IMG/VR virus record: IMGVR_UViG_3300021092_000027
Direction: 5' to 3' (one strand)
Origin: an uncultured virus (IMG/VR IMGVR_UViG_3300021092_000027)
Lineage: Duplodnaviria > Heunggongvirae > Uroviricota > Caudoviricetes
DNA length: 20,000 nucleotides
Within the stretch, counting starts at the first letter, position 1; the number at the start of each line of letters is the position of its first letter. Under the pieces are notes generated by a model that saw only the letters and a program-made list of their open reading frames with translations, did no database searches and was not told the DNA's origin. Positions 7,056 to 15,862 of this stretch are shown piece by piece. Made by a program: the position numbers and the translations under genes.

Positions 7056-10000
7056 TTAAACTTGATTTACGTTGAACCTAATACGTACATAATAAGTTGT
7101 GTTTGGATCTAAAGATACATCCTGTGGTAGAATGTATTGGGTCTTGTTAGCGGTGTTACCAAGTGATTGGTGAATGATTGTTTGGAATTGGTTTGTTGGT
7201 GAAAACTGCCAATCACTAGATGTGTGTGCATATCCAGCTTTAACTTGTGCTGGGTCTACATTAATTGTTGGATTAAACGCGGGAACAATTGTTTGGATAA
7301 CTGGTTGATCTACGAATGGAGTTGTGAAGTTTTGAGCAGAAGTGTAAGAACTTTCAAGACCATTTTGGTCTCTGAATTTTACTTGAACACTATAAACAGT
7401 ATCAAATGACAGAATTCCAGGTGGGACTGTAAATGTTGTTAGATTTCCAGTGTCACCTGCTGCAAAAATGCTTGCTGTATCATAGATGATTGTGTTATCT
7501 CCAACTCTTTTGATTCTCCAGAAAGTTGAATAGTGAGTCGATCCAGTATATTGAGAAACAAATGCTGATGTAGTAATTGTAGGAGTTCTGGAGAATGTTT
7601 TCAGCGTATCTGGATCTGTTGTTACAGTCACAGTAGCTGGAGCACTTACAAACTCAGATTCATTTACAGTCAACGTTGCAACGCTAGAAGTTACAGTAGT
7701 TGCAGCAAGGTTTGTTAGCACACATCTATATTGTACGTTTGGAGTTGTTGGATATACAGTTGGGGCAGTTGTATAACTGGAAGAGTTCGCACCATTAATA
7801 TTACTCCAGTTAGCTCCAGAGTTACTTGAGATTTGCCACTGATATGAAATTACATCACTAGTAATCGTTGCAATTACAGTAAAGGTTGCAGTAAATCCTT
7901 CAATAACAGCAACGCTTTGTGGTTGTGTTGTTATTGTAATTACTCTGAGAACTGTAAGTAATGCAAATGTTGATGTTTGTGATCCAGCAGAACCAGTGAG
8001 AGTTACAACGCAACGATAACGATCATTATTATCTTGAGTGTATACTAACTGAGGAGTCGTATATGATGAGTTGGTCGCACCAGAAATATTAGAGTAGTTA
8101 ACACCACCATCATCAGATCTTTGCCACTGATAAGATGGAGCTCCACTACTTGCGCTAACAGTTACTGAGAATGTAACAGTACTATTTTCATTTGCTGTTT
8201 GATTATTTGGATTTGCAGTAATTGTGAAAGTTCTTAGTACAGTTAATGTGACACTATTTGTGTATGCTGGCGCAGCTGCACCAGTAGCATCAATTTTACA
8301 TCTGTAGCGATCTCCATTATCACTGGCATATGTAAGAGTTCCTGTTGTATATGATGCTGAAGTAGCTCCAGAGATATCTCCCCAGTTGCTTCCGCCATCA
8401 TCTGATTTCTGCCACTGATATGTTACTGGTGGTTCGTGCTGGGACTGCAGAGATACTGAGTATGGATCTATGGAGTTACCACTACCTGCAGAAGGAGTTG
8501 TGAAATCTTCAACGTCAAAGGAGGATGAAGCTGCATTAGCTCCAATCTGACCCATCGTTACATCACCAAGACATGTAAATGTTGCCGTGGCATTTTCATT
8601 TGCAGTTTTATTTGTTGGTTGTTGAATAACTACTGGAGTTACTGTTTCTACTTGTAATGTTGCACTTCCCGAGTTGACTGGAGTAGCTCCAGTACATGAA
8701 AGAACGCAACGATATCTTTGCTCATCATTTGATGCAGTTAATGTTGGAGTTGTATAAGTTGCTGTTGTTGCACCACTTCCTCCAACTACGTTAGACCACG
8801 ATGCTCCACCATTAATTGAGAACTGCCACTGGTAGGTAATATCTCCAGGATCACTGTCGGAGGTTGTAGCTACAACGCTAAACTGTACTGTACCACCAAC
8901 TGCTCCAGTTACATTTTGAGGTTGAGTTGTAACTGTAATTGTTCGAGTCAATAGCAGTTGAGCTGCACTTGACGTTACTGGAGATGCTCCAGTTGCTGAG
9001 CAAATGCATCTATAGTAATGTCCAAAATCAGCATCGTATGTTGTTGCTCCTGTTGTATAAGACGCAGACGTTGCTCCAGATACTGATGTGTATGAGATAC
9101 CATCGTTAGATTTTTCCCACTGATAAGATATTGATGCAGCATCAAGTGTAGATGCGGTTACGAAGAATGTGGCTGCAGCAGGAGCCACTGGAGTTTGGTT
9201 AGTTGGTTGAGTGCCAATAGTAACTACTCTGAATACTGTTAGTGTTGCTGAGTTTGTCGTTGTTGTTGCAACTGCAGTCGCACTGTTAAGAACACAACGA
9301 TATTGATTGCCATTAAAAGCAAAATCATCATCTACGGTAAGAGTTCCAGTTGTTTCTCCACTATGTCCAGCAAGAGAAGAAATATTTGCCCAAGTAGAAC
9401 CACCGTTTGTTGAACGCTGCCACTGAAAAGTAACGGTTGATCCATCATCTGCAGTACCAGCAGCAGTAAATGTTGCGTTAATACCAGCTCCCGCTTCTAC
9501 TGAAGTATTTGATGGTTGAGTTGTGACAGTAATTGCTACCCCAGTGCCAGTAATTGTGAAGTTATAATTTCTAGACTGACCAGTTGTAGTTTCAGTAACT
9601 GTAATATTATATGTAAGATTTTGATATGATGCAGTTACTGTACCAGAAAGAACACCAGTGGTTCCATTAAAGGTAAGACCAGTTCCAGAAATACTAGTGC
9701 CACTTAAAGTGTAACCTTGAATTGTAATTGGTTCTGAAGCCCAAGTTGTAAGTGAACTAAGTCCAAGATTGAGATTGATTGATGCTCCATTCGCAAAAGG
9801 AGTTCCAGTGAGAGAACCAGATGCTGCCGCCCAAGTTACTATGATATCAACATATGGATAAACGGATCCTCTATTAGTTGTACCTAAGCTTGAGAGATTA
9901 AAATCTACACCTGGATCTACTGGAATATTTTTAATAGCAGTGCTTGTACCTCCAGTCTCCTGGGCATCGGTTTGGGTATACAGTTGAGTTCCACTAAATT

Positions 10001-12128
10001 CTGGTCCATCAGATGCTTCATGAGTTCCAGTTACAATAGCAAGATAATGACCAGATCCTCCAGCATTTGCCTGTGTTGATAATCCAGAAGATGCCATAGT
10101 AACAGTAATTGTATAGTTCCCTGCATTTTGTGCAGAGATTGTCAACCACTGTGTACCTTGCTGTTGAATATTAACTCCACCAACTGTTGTTCCTGATATA
10201 GCTCTTAACTGTACTTTCTTACCGACGTTTCCAATAAAGTATGCAGAATCTGCTGGATTGAAAGAGATAATTAAATTACTTGATCCATTACTTACAGTAA
10301 ATGGATTTGTTGGTAAAACTTTTTCTTCAATACTATTGATTGGATATTGATCTGTCCCACATCCATTTCCTAAGAAATCAGCACCACTTCCCCTAACAAA
10401 AGATTTTGATAACTGTGGTAAGTATGGTGTTGTTCTTGTGTACGAATTTGCAGCGACCCAAGAAGCTAAAATACCAGTGACGATTGGGCAGGAGAAAGAA
10501 GTTCCGCTGATGATATCATAGTTAGATGTTGAGGTATAGACTGTGTTACTAGTCCAATCATACTTTGGAGAAACCAATCTTATACCTGGAGCAGTAGTGG
10601 TTACACCACCACCATAGTTTGAAAAATATGCCCAACGGTCATTATATTCTGTTGCACCAACAGAAATTTTATTTTGATTTGCATCAACTGAATTAAATAC
10701 TGGATCACTATATCCAGCAGTTCTAGTACCTGCAATATACTTTCCTTGGATTGGACCAGCAAAATTGCCAGAGGTATCTACAAATCCATTACCAGCAGAT
10801 CTAGCTAAAATAATATTGTAAGTATCAGTTACAGTCTTTTCAATTTCATCAAGCAATTCTACCTCAACTCCAGCATCAGTTCCAGCATCGTTGAGTTCAA
10901 TATAAGGATATGATCCACTAGGAATTGTTGGACCAAATGATGCGTTGATAATAGCTGGACGATTGTTTCCTTTGTAGTTTGCATCTAAAGGATCGTTGTG
11001 ATCAATTACTGCCTGATATGCCGATAAGATTTGAGAGTATGAAGAAGACAATCCGCTATTAAATGCCTTCAGTGAATATATCCTTGCCTTTCTAGAAACA
11101 CCTGCTGTTCTACCAGATGACATGATTGCACAGAAAGTTCCGTGACCATTATCATCTTCGTTATTAGTACCGTATGCTCCAGCATAGTGTGAGAGTTGAT
11201 ATACTCTATAGTTTTGTTGTTCTGCTGTACCGTTTAAGTTAGTTGCAAAATCTGGATCATAAAGTTCTGGGTGTAGTGCTGCGTTTGTTCCTGTTGGTCT
11301 GCTTGCTCCACGAACACCAGAATCAATAACATAGATGTCTACACCATCCCCAGTTTCAGTTGCACTAAATTCTCTATTGAGATATGAACGATCTGACTTT
11401 GTAATTCTATCCAGGTGCCAGTAATCATGAATATTAATTGTTCCATATAAATTTGGTGCTGCTTGATATCTGCCCATGCCAGAATGAACAGTACAATAGT
11501 AGAATAAAATGGATGGAGTCGTCGCTCCAACAACTATTCTAGTGTATGAACCAACAGTACCAGAAGTTCCAGATACAGATACTCCAGATGTTAATTGGGT
11601 TCCACCACCATGAGTTCCATCTGGAGTTTCGGAAAATCTAAATGGGTGTCCAGCATTTGATGAGTGTGCAGTATCAAATGTATATGTGCCACCCTGTAGG
11701 AATCCACTGAGGTTTAAGTATCTTATGTATATTCCACCAGATGTTTGAGAGAATGTATAAAAATTACTTCCACCAATATTAGCAACTCTTACATATATTG
11801 TACCAGTGCCAGAAGTTGTAATATTTCTTGTTCCGTAAGTTGCATCCGCTGCTGCTTCATTTAAAGTTTCATCTTCATGGGCAACAACATTCGATTCAAC
11901 TGAATCTGCTGGATCACAAGTAACTTCCATATCCCATGTTGCCTGATGCCCTAATGAGCGAATATCATACAAGGCAGTTTCTTCGTTTTCCTCTGGTACA
12001 TCAAAGGTAACGATACTAAAGCTTCTAAATTTCTCTACAAAAACTAAGTATCCAAATTGATCTAGGATAGAGTCCTTTGCCGCTTCTAGATCAGAATTAT
12101 TGGTTACCTTGACTACTACCCTCTTCAT
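7056..12128 (-). CDS. Large putative virion protein: subtilisin-like S8 serine protease plus cupredoxin-like motif, six Ig-like repeats and two FN3-like domains
   Basis: Catalytic motifs in subtilase order: VDIYVIDSGV (Asp), DDNGHGTFCA (His), SAGNG (oxyanion Asn), ISGTSFSCPIVTG (Ser). Six repeats of QP..ATF..YQWQ.S..GG..W..ISGAT...YRC. Perfect late promoter upstream. Confidence 0.88.
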   Translation of the reverse strand: MKRVVVKVTNNSDLEAAKDSILDQFGYLVFVEKFRSFSIVTFDVPEENEETALYDIRSLGHQATWDMEVTCDPADSVESNVVAHEDETLNEAAADATYGTRNITTSGTGTIYVRVANIGGSNFYTFSQTSGGIYIRYLNLSGFLQGGTYTFDTAHSSNAGHPFRFSETPDGTHGGGTQLTSGVSVSGTSGTVGSYTRIVVGATTPSILFYYCTVHSGMGRYQAAPNLYGTINIHDYWHLDRITKSDRSYLNREFSATETGDGVDIYVIDSGVRGASRPTGTNAALHPELYDPDFATNLNGTAEQQNYRVYQLSHYAGAYGTNNEDDNGHGTFCAIMSSGRTAGVSRKARIYSLKAFNSGLSSSYSQILSAYQAVIDHNDPLDANYKGNNRPAIINASFGPTIPSGSYPYIELNDAGTDAGVEVELLDEIEKTVTDTYNIILARSAGNGFVDTSGNFAGPIQGKYIAGTRTAGYSDPVFNSVDANQNKISVGATEYNDRWAYFSNYGGGVTTTAPGIRLVSPKYDWTSNTVYTSTSNYDIISGTSFSCPIVTGILASWVAANSYTRTTPYLPQLSKSFVRGSGADFLGNGCGTDQYPINSIEEKVLPTNPFTVSNGSSNLIISFNPADSAYFIGNVGKKVQLRAISGTTVGGVNIQQQGTQWLTISAQNAGNYTITVTMASSGLSTQANAGGSGHYLAIVTGTHEASDGPEFSGTQLYTQTDAQETGGTSTAIKNIPVDPGVDFNLSSLGTTNRGSVYPYVDIIVTWAAASGSLTGTPFANGASINLNLGLSSLTTWASEPITIQGYTLSGTSISGTGLTFNGTTGVLSGTVTASYQNLTYNITVTETTTGQSRNYNFTITGTGVAITVTTQPSNTSVEAGAGINATFTAAGTADDGSTVTFQWQRSTNGGSTWANISSLAGHSGETTGTLTVDDDFAFNGNQYRCVLNSATAVATTTTNSATLTVFRVVTIGTQPTNQTPVAPAAATFFVTASTLDAASISYQWEKSNDGISYTSVSGATSASYTTGATTYDADFGHYYRCICSATGASPVTSSAAQLLLTRTITVTTQPQNVTGAVGGTVQFSVVATTSDSDPGDITYQWQFSINGGASWSNVVGGSGATTATYTTPTLTASNDEQRYRCVLSCTGATPVNSGSATLQVETVTPVVIQQPTNKTANENATATFTCLGDVTMGQIGANAASSSFDVEDFTTPSAGSGNSIDPYSVSLQSQHEPPVTYQWQKSDDGGSNWGDISGATSASYTTGTLTYASDNGDRYRCKIDATGAAAPAYTNSVTLTVLRTFTITANPNNQTANENSTVTFSVTVSASSGAPSYQWQRSDDGGVNYSNISGATNSSYTTPQLVYTQDNNDRYRCVVTLTGSAGSQTSTFALLTVLRVITITTQPQSVAVIEGFTATFTVIATITSDVISYQWQISSNSGANWSNINGANSSSYTTAPTVYPTTPNVQYRCVLTNLAATTVTSSVATLTVNESEFVSAPATVTVTTDPDTLKTFSRTPTITTSAFVSQYTGSTHYSTFWRIKRVGDNTIIYDTASIFAAGDTGNLTTFTVPPGILSFDTVYSVQVKFRDQNGLESSYTSAQNFTTPFVDQPVIQTIVPAFNPTINVDPAQVKAGYAHTSSDWQFSPTNQFQTIIHQSLGNTANKTQYILPQDVSLDPNTTYYVRIRFNVNQV
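7665..9535 (-). repeat. Six tandem Ig-like (about 95-100 aa) domain repeats within the 1690-aa protein
   Basis: Six (Y/F)QW(Q/E)xS and six YRC motifs in register. Repeats are diverged at DNA level. Boundaries approximate. Confidence 0.85.
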
Positions 12129-12139
12129 TCGGTAAGCAC

Positions 12140-12176
12140 AAAAAAGTCCTCTGTTGTATTTATACAGAGGACTTTT
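12140..12176 (-). terminator. Rho-independent terminator-like hairpin (13-bp perfect stem, T-tracts on both strands)
   Basis: aaaagtcctctgt (12142-12154) / acagaggactttt (12164-12176) with a 9-nt loop, directly after the stop of 12179..12499. Confidence 0.8.
12157..12164 (-). promoter_or_regulatory. T4 late promoter consensus TATAAATA
   Basis: tatttata at 12157-12164, 28 nt upstream of the ATG of the 1690-aa gene. Confidence 0.85.
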
Positions 12177-12178
12177 GG

Positions 12179-12499
12179 TTAAGTATCTAGATTTGGAACA
12201 TTAAGTTCTCGTAGATTCTTCGGTGTCATTTTTTCCAGAGGTTTGGTGTATTTCAAATCATGCTGACTATCAAAAGTAAATCTTGTAGTCACATGAGTTC
12301 TATCACCTCTCACAACCAAACTATAGTTCCAACCATAAACAGTTTGAGCTGTTGATATGGAAAGAATCTCTCTTCCTTCGTATAGATCACCAGATCTGTA
12401 TGGAAGAGTTTCTAAATCTCCATCAAATTTTATTGGATTTCTGGAAGAGTTGATGTGCTCTAGTTGTCTAGCATCACTCGGCGGATTCGGTGATCTCAT
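12179..12499 (-). CDS. Hypothetical protein (106 aa)
   Basis: ORF track; co-directional, overlaps the upstream ORF and is followed by a terminator. Confidence 0.7.
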   Translation of the reverse strand: MRSPNPPSDARQLEHINSSRNPIKFDGDLETLPYRSGDLYEGREILSISTAQTVYGWNYSLVVRGDRTHVTTRFTFDSQHDLKYTKPLEKMTPKNLRELNVPNLDT

Positions 12500-12659
12500 T
12501 CTCTTGATTCTTTAAAGTCATATTCAAAGCTTCTATTGCTCCTTCTAATCTGAGAACCTGATTCTTTCTCGCTGTCAAAGCTGTTTCAAGTTCAACAATA
12601 GTTGCTTTTTGCTCTTTCAGTTGCTCGGTGAAATCCTTCACCATATCTTCTGTAGTCAT
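12474..12659 (-). CDS. Small coiled-coil hypothetical protein (61 aa)
   Basis: Heptad pattern LKEQKATIVELETAL...VLRLEGAIEAL; late promoter motif upstream. Confidence 0.8.
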   Translation of the reverse strand: MTTEDMVKDFTEQLKEQKATIVELETALTARKNQVLRLEGAIEALNMTLKNQENEITESAE

Positions 12660-12680
12660 GGTTAATAATGATAACTGATT

Positions 12681-12687
12681 TATTTAT
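12681..12687 (-). promoter_or_regulatory. T4-type late promoter core ATAAATA
   Basis: tatttat at 12681-12687 overlaps the oxygenase stop, about 21 nt upstream of the ATG at 12659. Confidence 0.6.
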
Positions 12688-13412
12688 TGTAAAAATGCAT
12701 TAAATGTTAGACGGTTAGTACTCCACTCTCCTTGTTTAAAATATGGAGAATGCCAAAGTCTTCCCTCATACAACAATACGGAATTATATTCATGAAGTTC
12801 AACATGATATCTTTCCCATTCTTTTGATTTATATTTTGATGGATCAAAATTAACAAAAGCATTAATATGATTTAGTGCTCTAGATGATCTGTAATTTTTA
12901 TCAGAAGAAACAAATTCTTCACACAATTCAGTATTCCTAAAGAAAGCGGTTCCAGAATCTGTACCAACTAATTCTTCTGACTTATTCAAGCACAATACAG
13001 CAGCATAGTGAGTATCATCCGTGTGGGGTGATAGGCTACACATTCTACATTTTTCATTTACTTCATACATTTGAAAAGTAAAATCCGACATAGCTGGAAT
13101 ACTCATTACAGATCTACCAGCTTCAAAGTAAGTATGACAAGCAAATTTGAATGGCTCATTAAATTGTTTTGAGGTATGTCCAATTCTATGGACATATCCA
13201 GGTAAGTTTGTATATTCACCATTTAGCGTAGAAACATAATCACATGATAATGCATATGCTCTAACTGAATCTGGATTCTTGAAAAAATTTTTTATTTTGA
13301 TTATACGATTTTTACTCTTACCAATATGTGTTTGCTCAACATCCCAATCTCTAGGATGATGTACTTCTAATATATCTGGATTAATTACTTTCATTTCCAA
13401 AATACTCATCAA
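12684..13412 (-). CDS. 2OG-Fe(II) oxygenase-like protein (DUF6445-like, from recall); true start may be the ATG at 13394
   Basis: HxD (PHTD), YAAVLCL, GTAFF, distal His (LWHS) and 2OG-binding Arg (NRLTFN) in the expected order; N-terminal IKNFFKNPDSVRAYA. Confidence 0.8.
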   Translation of the reverse strand: MMSILEMKVINPDILEVHHPRDWDVEQTHIGKSKNRIIKIKNFFKNPDSVRAYALSCDYVSTLNGEYTNLPGYVHRIGHTSKQFNEPFKFACHTYFEAGRSVMSIPAMSDFTFQMYEVNEKCRMCSLSPHTDDTHYAAVLCLNKSEELVGTDSGTAFFRNTELCEEFVSSDKNYRSSRALNHINAFVNFDPSKYKSKEWERYHVELHEYNSVLLYEGRLWHSPYFKQGEWSTNRLTFNAFLQ

Positions 13413-15141
13413 CTACTTTAGTTTTCTCTAAGACCAAAACATGAATTCCATTCCACCAGTGGGTAGGATTTTCTATTATACCACTTAGAAGTTTTCTTTC
13501 AAAATAACAAGTTAAATTATTTTCCTTTACGAATTGTACAGTTCCTTCAACAACACCATCAAAATTAGCATCATCCACAACCAAAATAAATTTATCATCT
13601 AAAAATGGTAAAATATGATTGAGGTTATTCATCTGCTCAATCATATCATGATTTGCATCATAGAAAACTACATTTGGTTTATATCCATCAAAGTCATCTT
13701 TAGTTAGTTCTTGAGCACTAGCTTTTATGAAAACGGAATTACCATTTTCATATTTTTCCCAGTGCTGAACAAGCATATCATATGGATTTGATATTTCTGC
13801 CCATGAAACATGGGGCATCATGGGTTTACATTCTGGTTCAGAAAAATCGTCAACTCCAAAACATTTTGTAGCATTATTCATTCCTGCAGCAAAGAATGTA
13901 CTTCCAATAAAAGTTCCAATCTCTAAGTATACTGAATCTTTATGCGAACATAAACTATTTAAAAAATGTCTAACTCTATCAGAGGTCAATCCACGTACAA
14001 TATAGTTTTCTGGGTTATAGTTTGAAGATCTTGTCAATCCATCATTAATTGCTTTTAATGTTCTCTTTGTAAATTCATCAACTTCAGTTGGTCTTTCATC
14101 TCGTTTGAGATGAGATTCAACAACAGCTTCACAGTAATTACAATCCCAGCAATTAAACTGGCAAGTTTTAATTTTTTCTCTCCAAATATCAATTGGTTTT
14201 TTCTCCATGGATAAATCTTCCATGTAATTATTAAAGGTTGGAAAAAGTAAATCATCTTCTTTTGCCCACCTTTCAACAATATCCATAGATTCTTTTAACT
14301 TCATGGTGTTTTCTCTACCATGCATTTTAAATACATCAATACCTAAATCTAAAAATTCATTCCAGTCCTCTCTCCATGGTGGGAGATTTGCAGATTTTAA
14401 TGCATGTGAATTATCTTGAATATCCCAAAGAGCACATGAATTTGTACTAATTGGATCCATGAAATATTGAGGAATATTTTCAGTTCTAGTGTTATTAAAA
14501 TGGTAGTGTTCATCCATCATGGAACATCCTCCCCAGCAACCCTCATTTGCCAAAAGAGAAAGTTCTACTGGTTTACCAATAGATGCACAGTATTCCTTAG
14601 ATTTTTTAATCTTAAGTAAGGAATCTCTATCTCTCATTAAATCCCTATCGAGATTAATATAATGAAACCCAGCATTAGCTAGTGATACAATCTCATTTGC
14701 TTTAGTTACATTTCTCAGGATTGTATTTTTAATTTTAAGTTCTGGAAATTCTTTTTGTATAATGCCAGAAGCAACCCAACTGGTATGTGGAATAGTTGCT
14801 ATTCTAACTCCATTATCATATAACTGTTTGAAGTTGTGTACAAATAGATCTAAATTTTCTTGGTCTGGTCTAACATAGATATTATTGAATGTTGCGGATA
14901 ATGGAATTCCTGCTGCATCTGCAATAGATTTTGCATTATAAAAAAGTTGCACAATATCTCCAGCAAAAACATCTCCCATAGCATCATTAACAAATGGGGG
15001 CATTCTTGATGTAAAATAAAGATCTACAATATAATCTTTATATTTTTTTAACCAAGGAACAAATACTGTCTCTGCAAATTTAGAATCAATCTTCGGATTT
15101 ATTGGAAGACTGAAGACGAATTTTTTCTTTTGGGATGTCAT
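13381..15141 (-). CDS. Fusion of a peptidase-U32-family (Fe-S hydroxylase-like) domain and a class I SAM-dependent methyltransferase
   Basis: U32-like motifs INLDRDL, LLANEGCWGGC, NSC and LGIDVFKMHGRE, then a Cys cluster CQFNCWDCNYC. C-terminal methyltransferase motifs YLEIGTFIGST, VFYDANH and ILVVDDAN. Confidence 0.8.
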   Translation of the reverse strand: MTSQKKKFVFSLPINPKIDSKFAETVFVPWLKKYKDYIVDLYFTSRMPPFVNDAMGDVFAGDIVQLFYNAKSIADAAGIPLSATFNNIYVRPDQENLDLFVHNFKQLYDNGVRIATIPHTSWVASGIIQKEFPELKIKNTILRNVTKANEIVSLANAGFHYINLDRDLMRDRDSLLKIKKSKEYCASIGKPVELSLLANEGCWGGCSMMDEHYHFNNTRTENIPQYFMDPISTNSCALWDIQDNSHALKSANLPPWREDWNEFLDLGIDVFKMHGRENTMKLKESMDIVERWAKEDDLLFPTFNNYMEDLSMEKKPIDIWREKIKTCQFNCWDCNYCEAVVESHLKRDERPTEVDEFTKRTLKAINDGLTRSSNYNPENYIVRGLTSDRVRHFLNSLCSHKDSVYLEIGTFIGSTFFAAGMNNATKCFGVDDFSEPECKPMMPHVSWAEISNPYDMLVQHWEKYENGNSVFIKASAQELTKDDFDGYKPNVVFYDANHDMIEQMNNLNHILPFLDDKFILVVDDANFDGVVEGTVQFVKENNLTCYFERKLLSGIIENPTHWWNGIHVLVLEKTKVVDEYFGNESN

Positions 15142-15862
15142 ACTTCACTTCAGGTAATGTTGGTTTTTGGTCAGTCAATTCAGACCCATTAATTTGTGGA
15201 GGTCTAAAGTCTTCAAGTTTTCCATTCAATATAGATTGCATAGCTGGTTCCATTTGTTTTTGCATATTTCCAATACCAGCACGAAGGAGAGATGAATGAT
15301 GAACGGCTCCAGATAAAACTTGAATTTGATCTTCTGGTTGCATGTTCATAATTGAATCCATGTTTCCACTTCCAATATTCCCAAAGGAAATGATATCAAC
15401 GGCAGCTTGTTTTGCCATTCTACTGATCCAATATTTACGATCCTCTTCTTCATTATTTTTCAAATAGTATTCTTTACCAAGATTGGGATCGATATCTTTC
15501 TCTAATTCTTCTACGAAGTGCTCAACTTCTTTCTTGATAAGTCTATATTTCTGTTCCCAGATAGATTTATCATAGTGAGCTTTTTCAAGTTCGATCGCAA
15601 TCATTTCTTTCTCAAGATCGTCTTGCTCTAATTTTAAAGCTCTTTCTAATTGTTTAATCTGAACAGTATTTTTCTTCAGACGATATTCAAGCTCTACCCT
15701 ACTATTATCTCTCATCTGGAGTTCAAGAAAAGCTTGTTGAACTCTTTTGAATGGAGTTATTTGGGATCCACAAACAAAATTTTGATTTTGGTATCTTGTT
15801 TGCCCACCCTCTAATTTGTAAGATAATTCAATCCAAGATTTTTCAGAATCCGAAAGTTCCAT
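15086..15862 (-). CDS. Coiled-coil hypothetical protein (258 aa)
   Basis: Long E/K/L heptad region; overlaps both neighbours (20 nt and 56 nt). Confidence 0.85.
   Translation of the reverse strand: MELSDSEKSWIELSYKLEGGQTRYQNQNFVCGSQITPFKRVQQAFLELQMRDNSRVELEYRLKKNTVQIKQLERALKLEQDDLEKEMIAIELEKAHYDKSIWEQKYRLIKKEVEHFVEELEKDIDPNLGKEYYLKNNEEEDRKYWISRMAKQAAVDIISFGNIGSGNMDSIMNMQPEDQIQVLSGAVHHSSLLRAGIGNMQKQMEPAMQSILNGKLEDFRPPQINGSELTDQKPTLPEVKYDIPKEKIRLQSSNKSED

Noticed and set aside
7665..9535. Ig repeats as a possible diversity-generating retroelement target or CRISPR-like array
   Set aside because: The repeats are protein-level and diverged at all positions. I saw no near-identical template/variable pair, no reverse transcriptase and no fixed-length repeat-spacer pattern in the window.
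13381..15141. Reading the U32 domain as a collagenase-type protease or the methyltransferase as a DNA methylase
   Set aside because: Characterised U32 members act in hydroxylation, and the methyltransferase lacks the DPPY/NPPY or PCQ catalytic motifs of DNA methylases.
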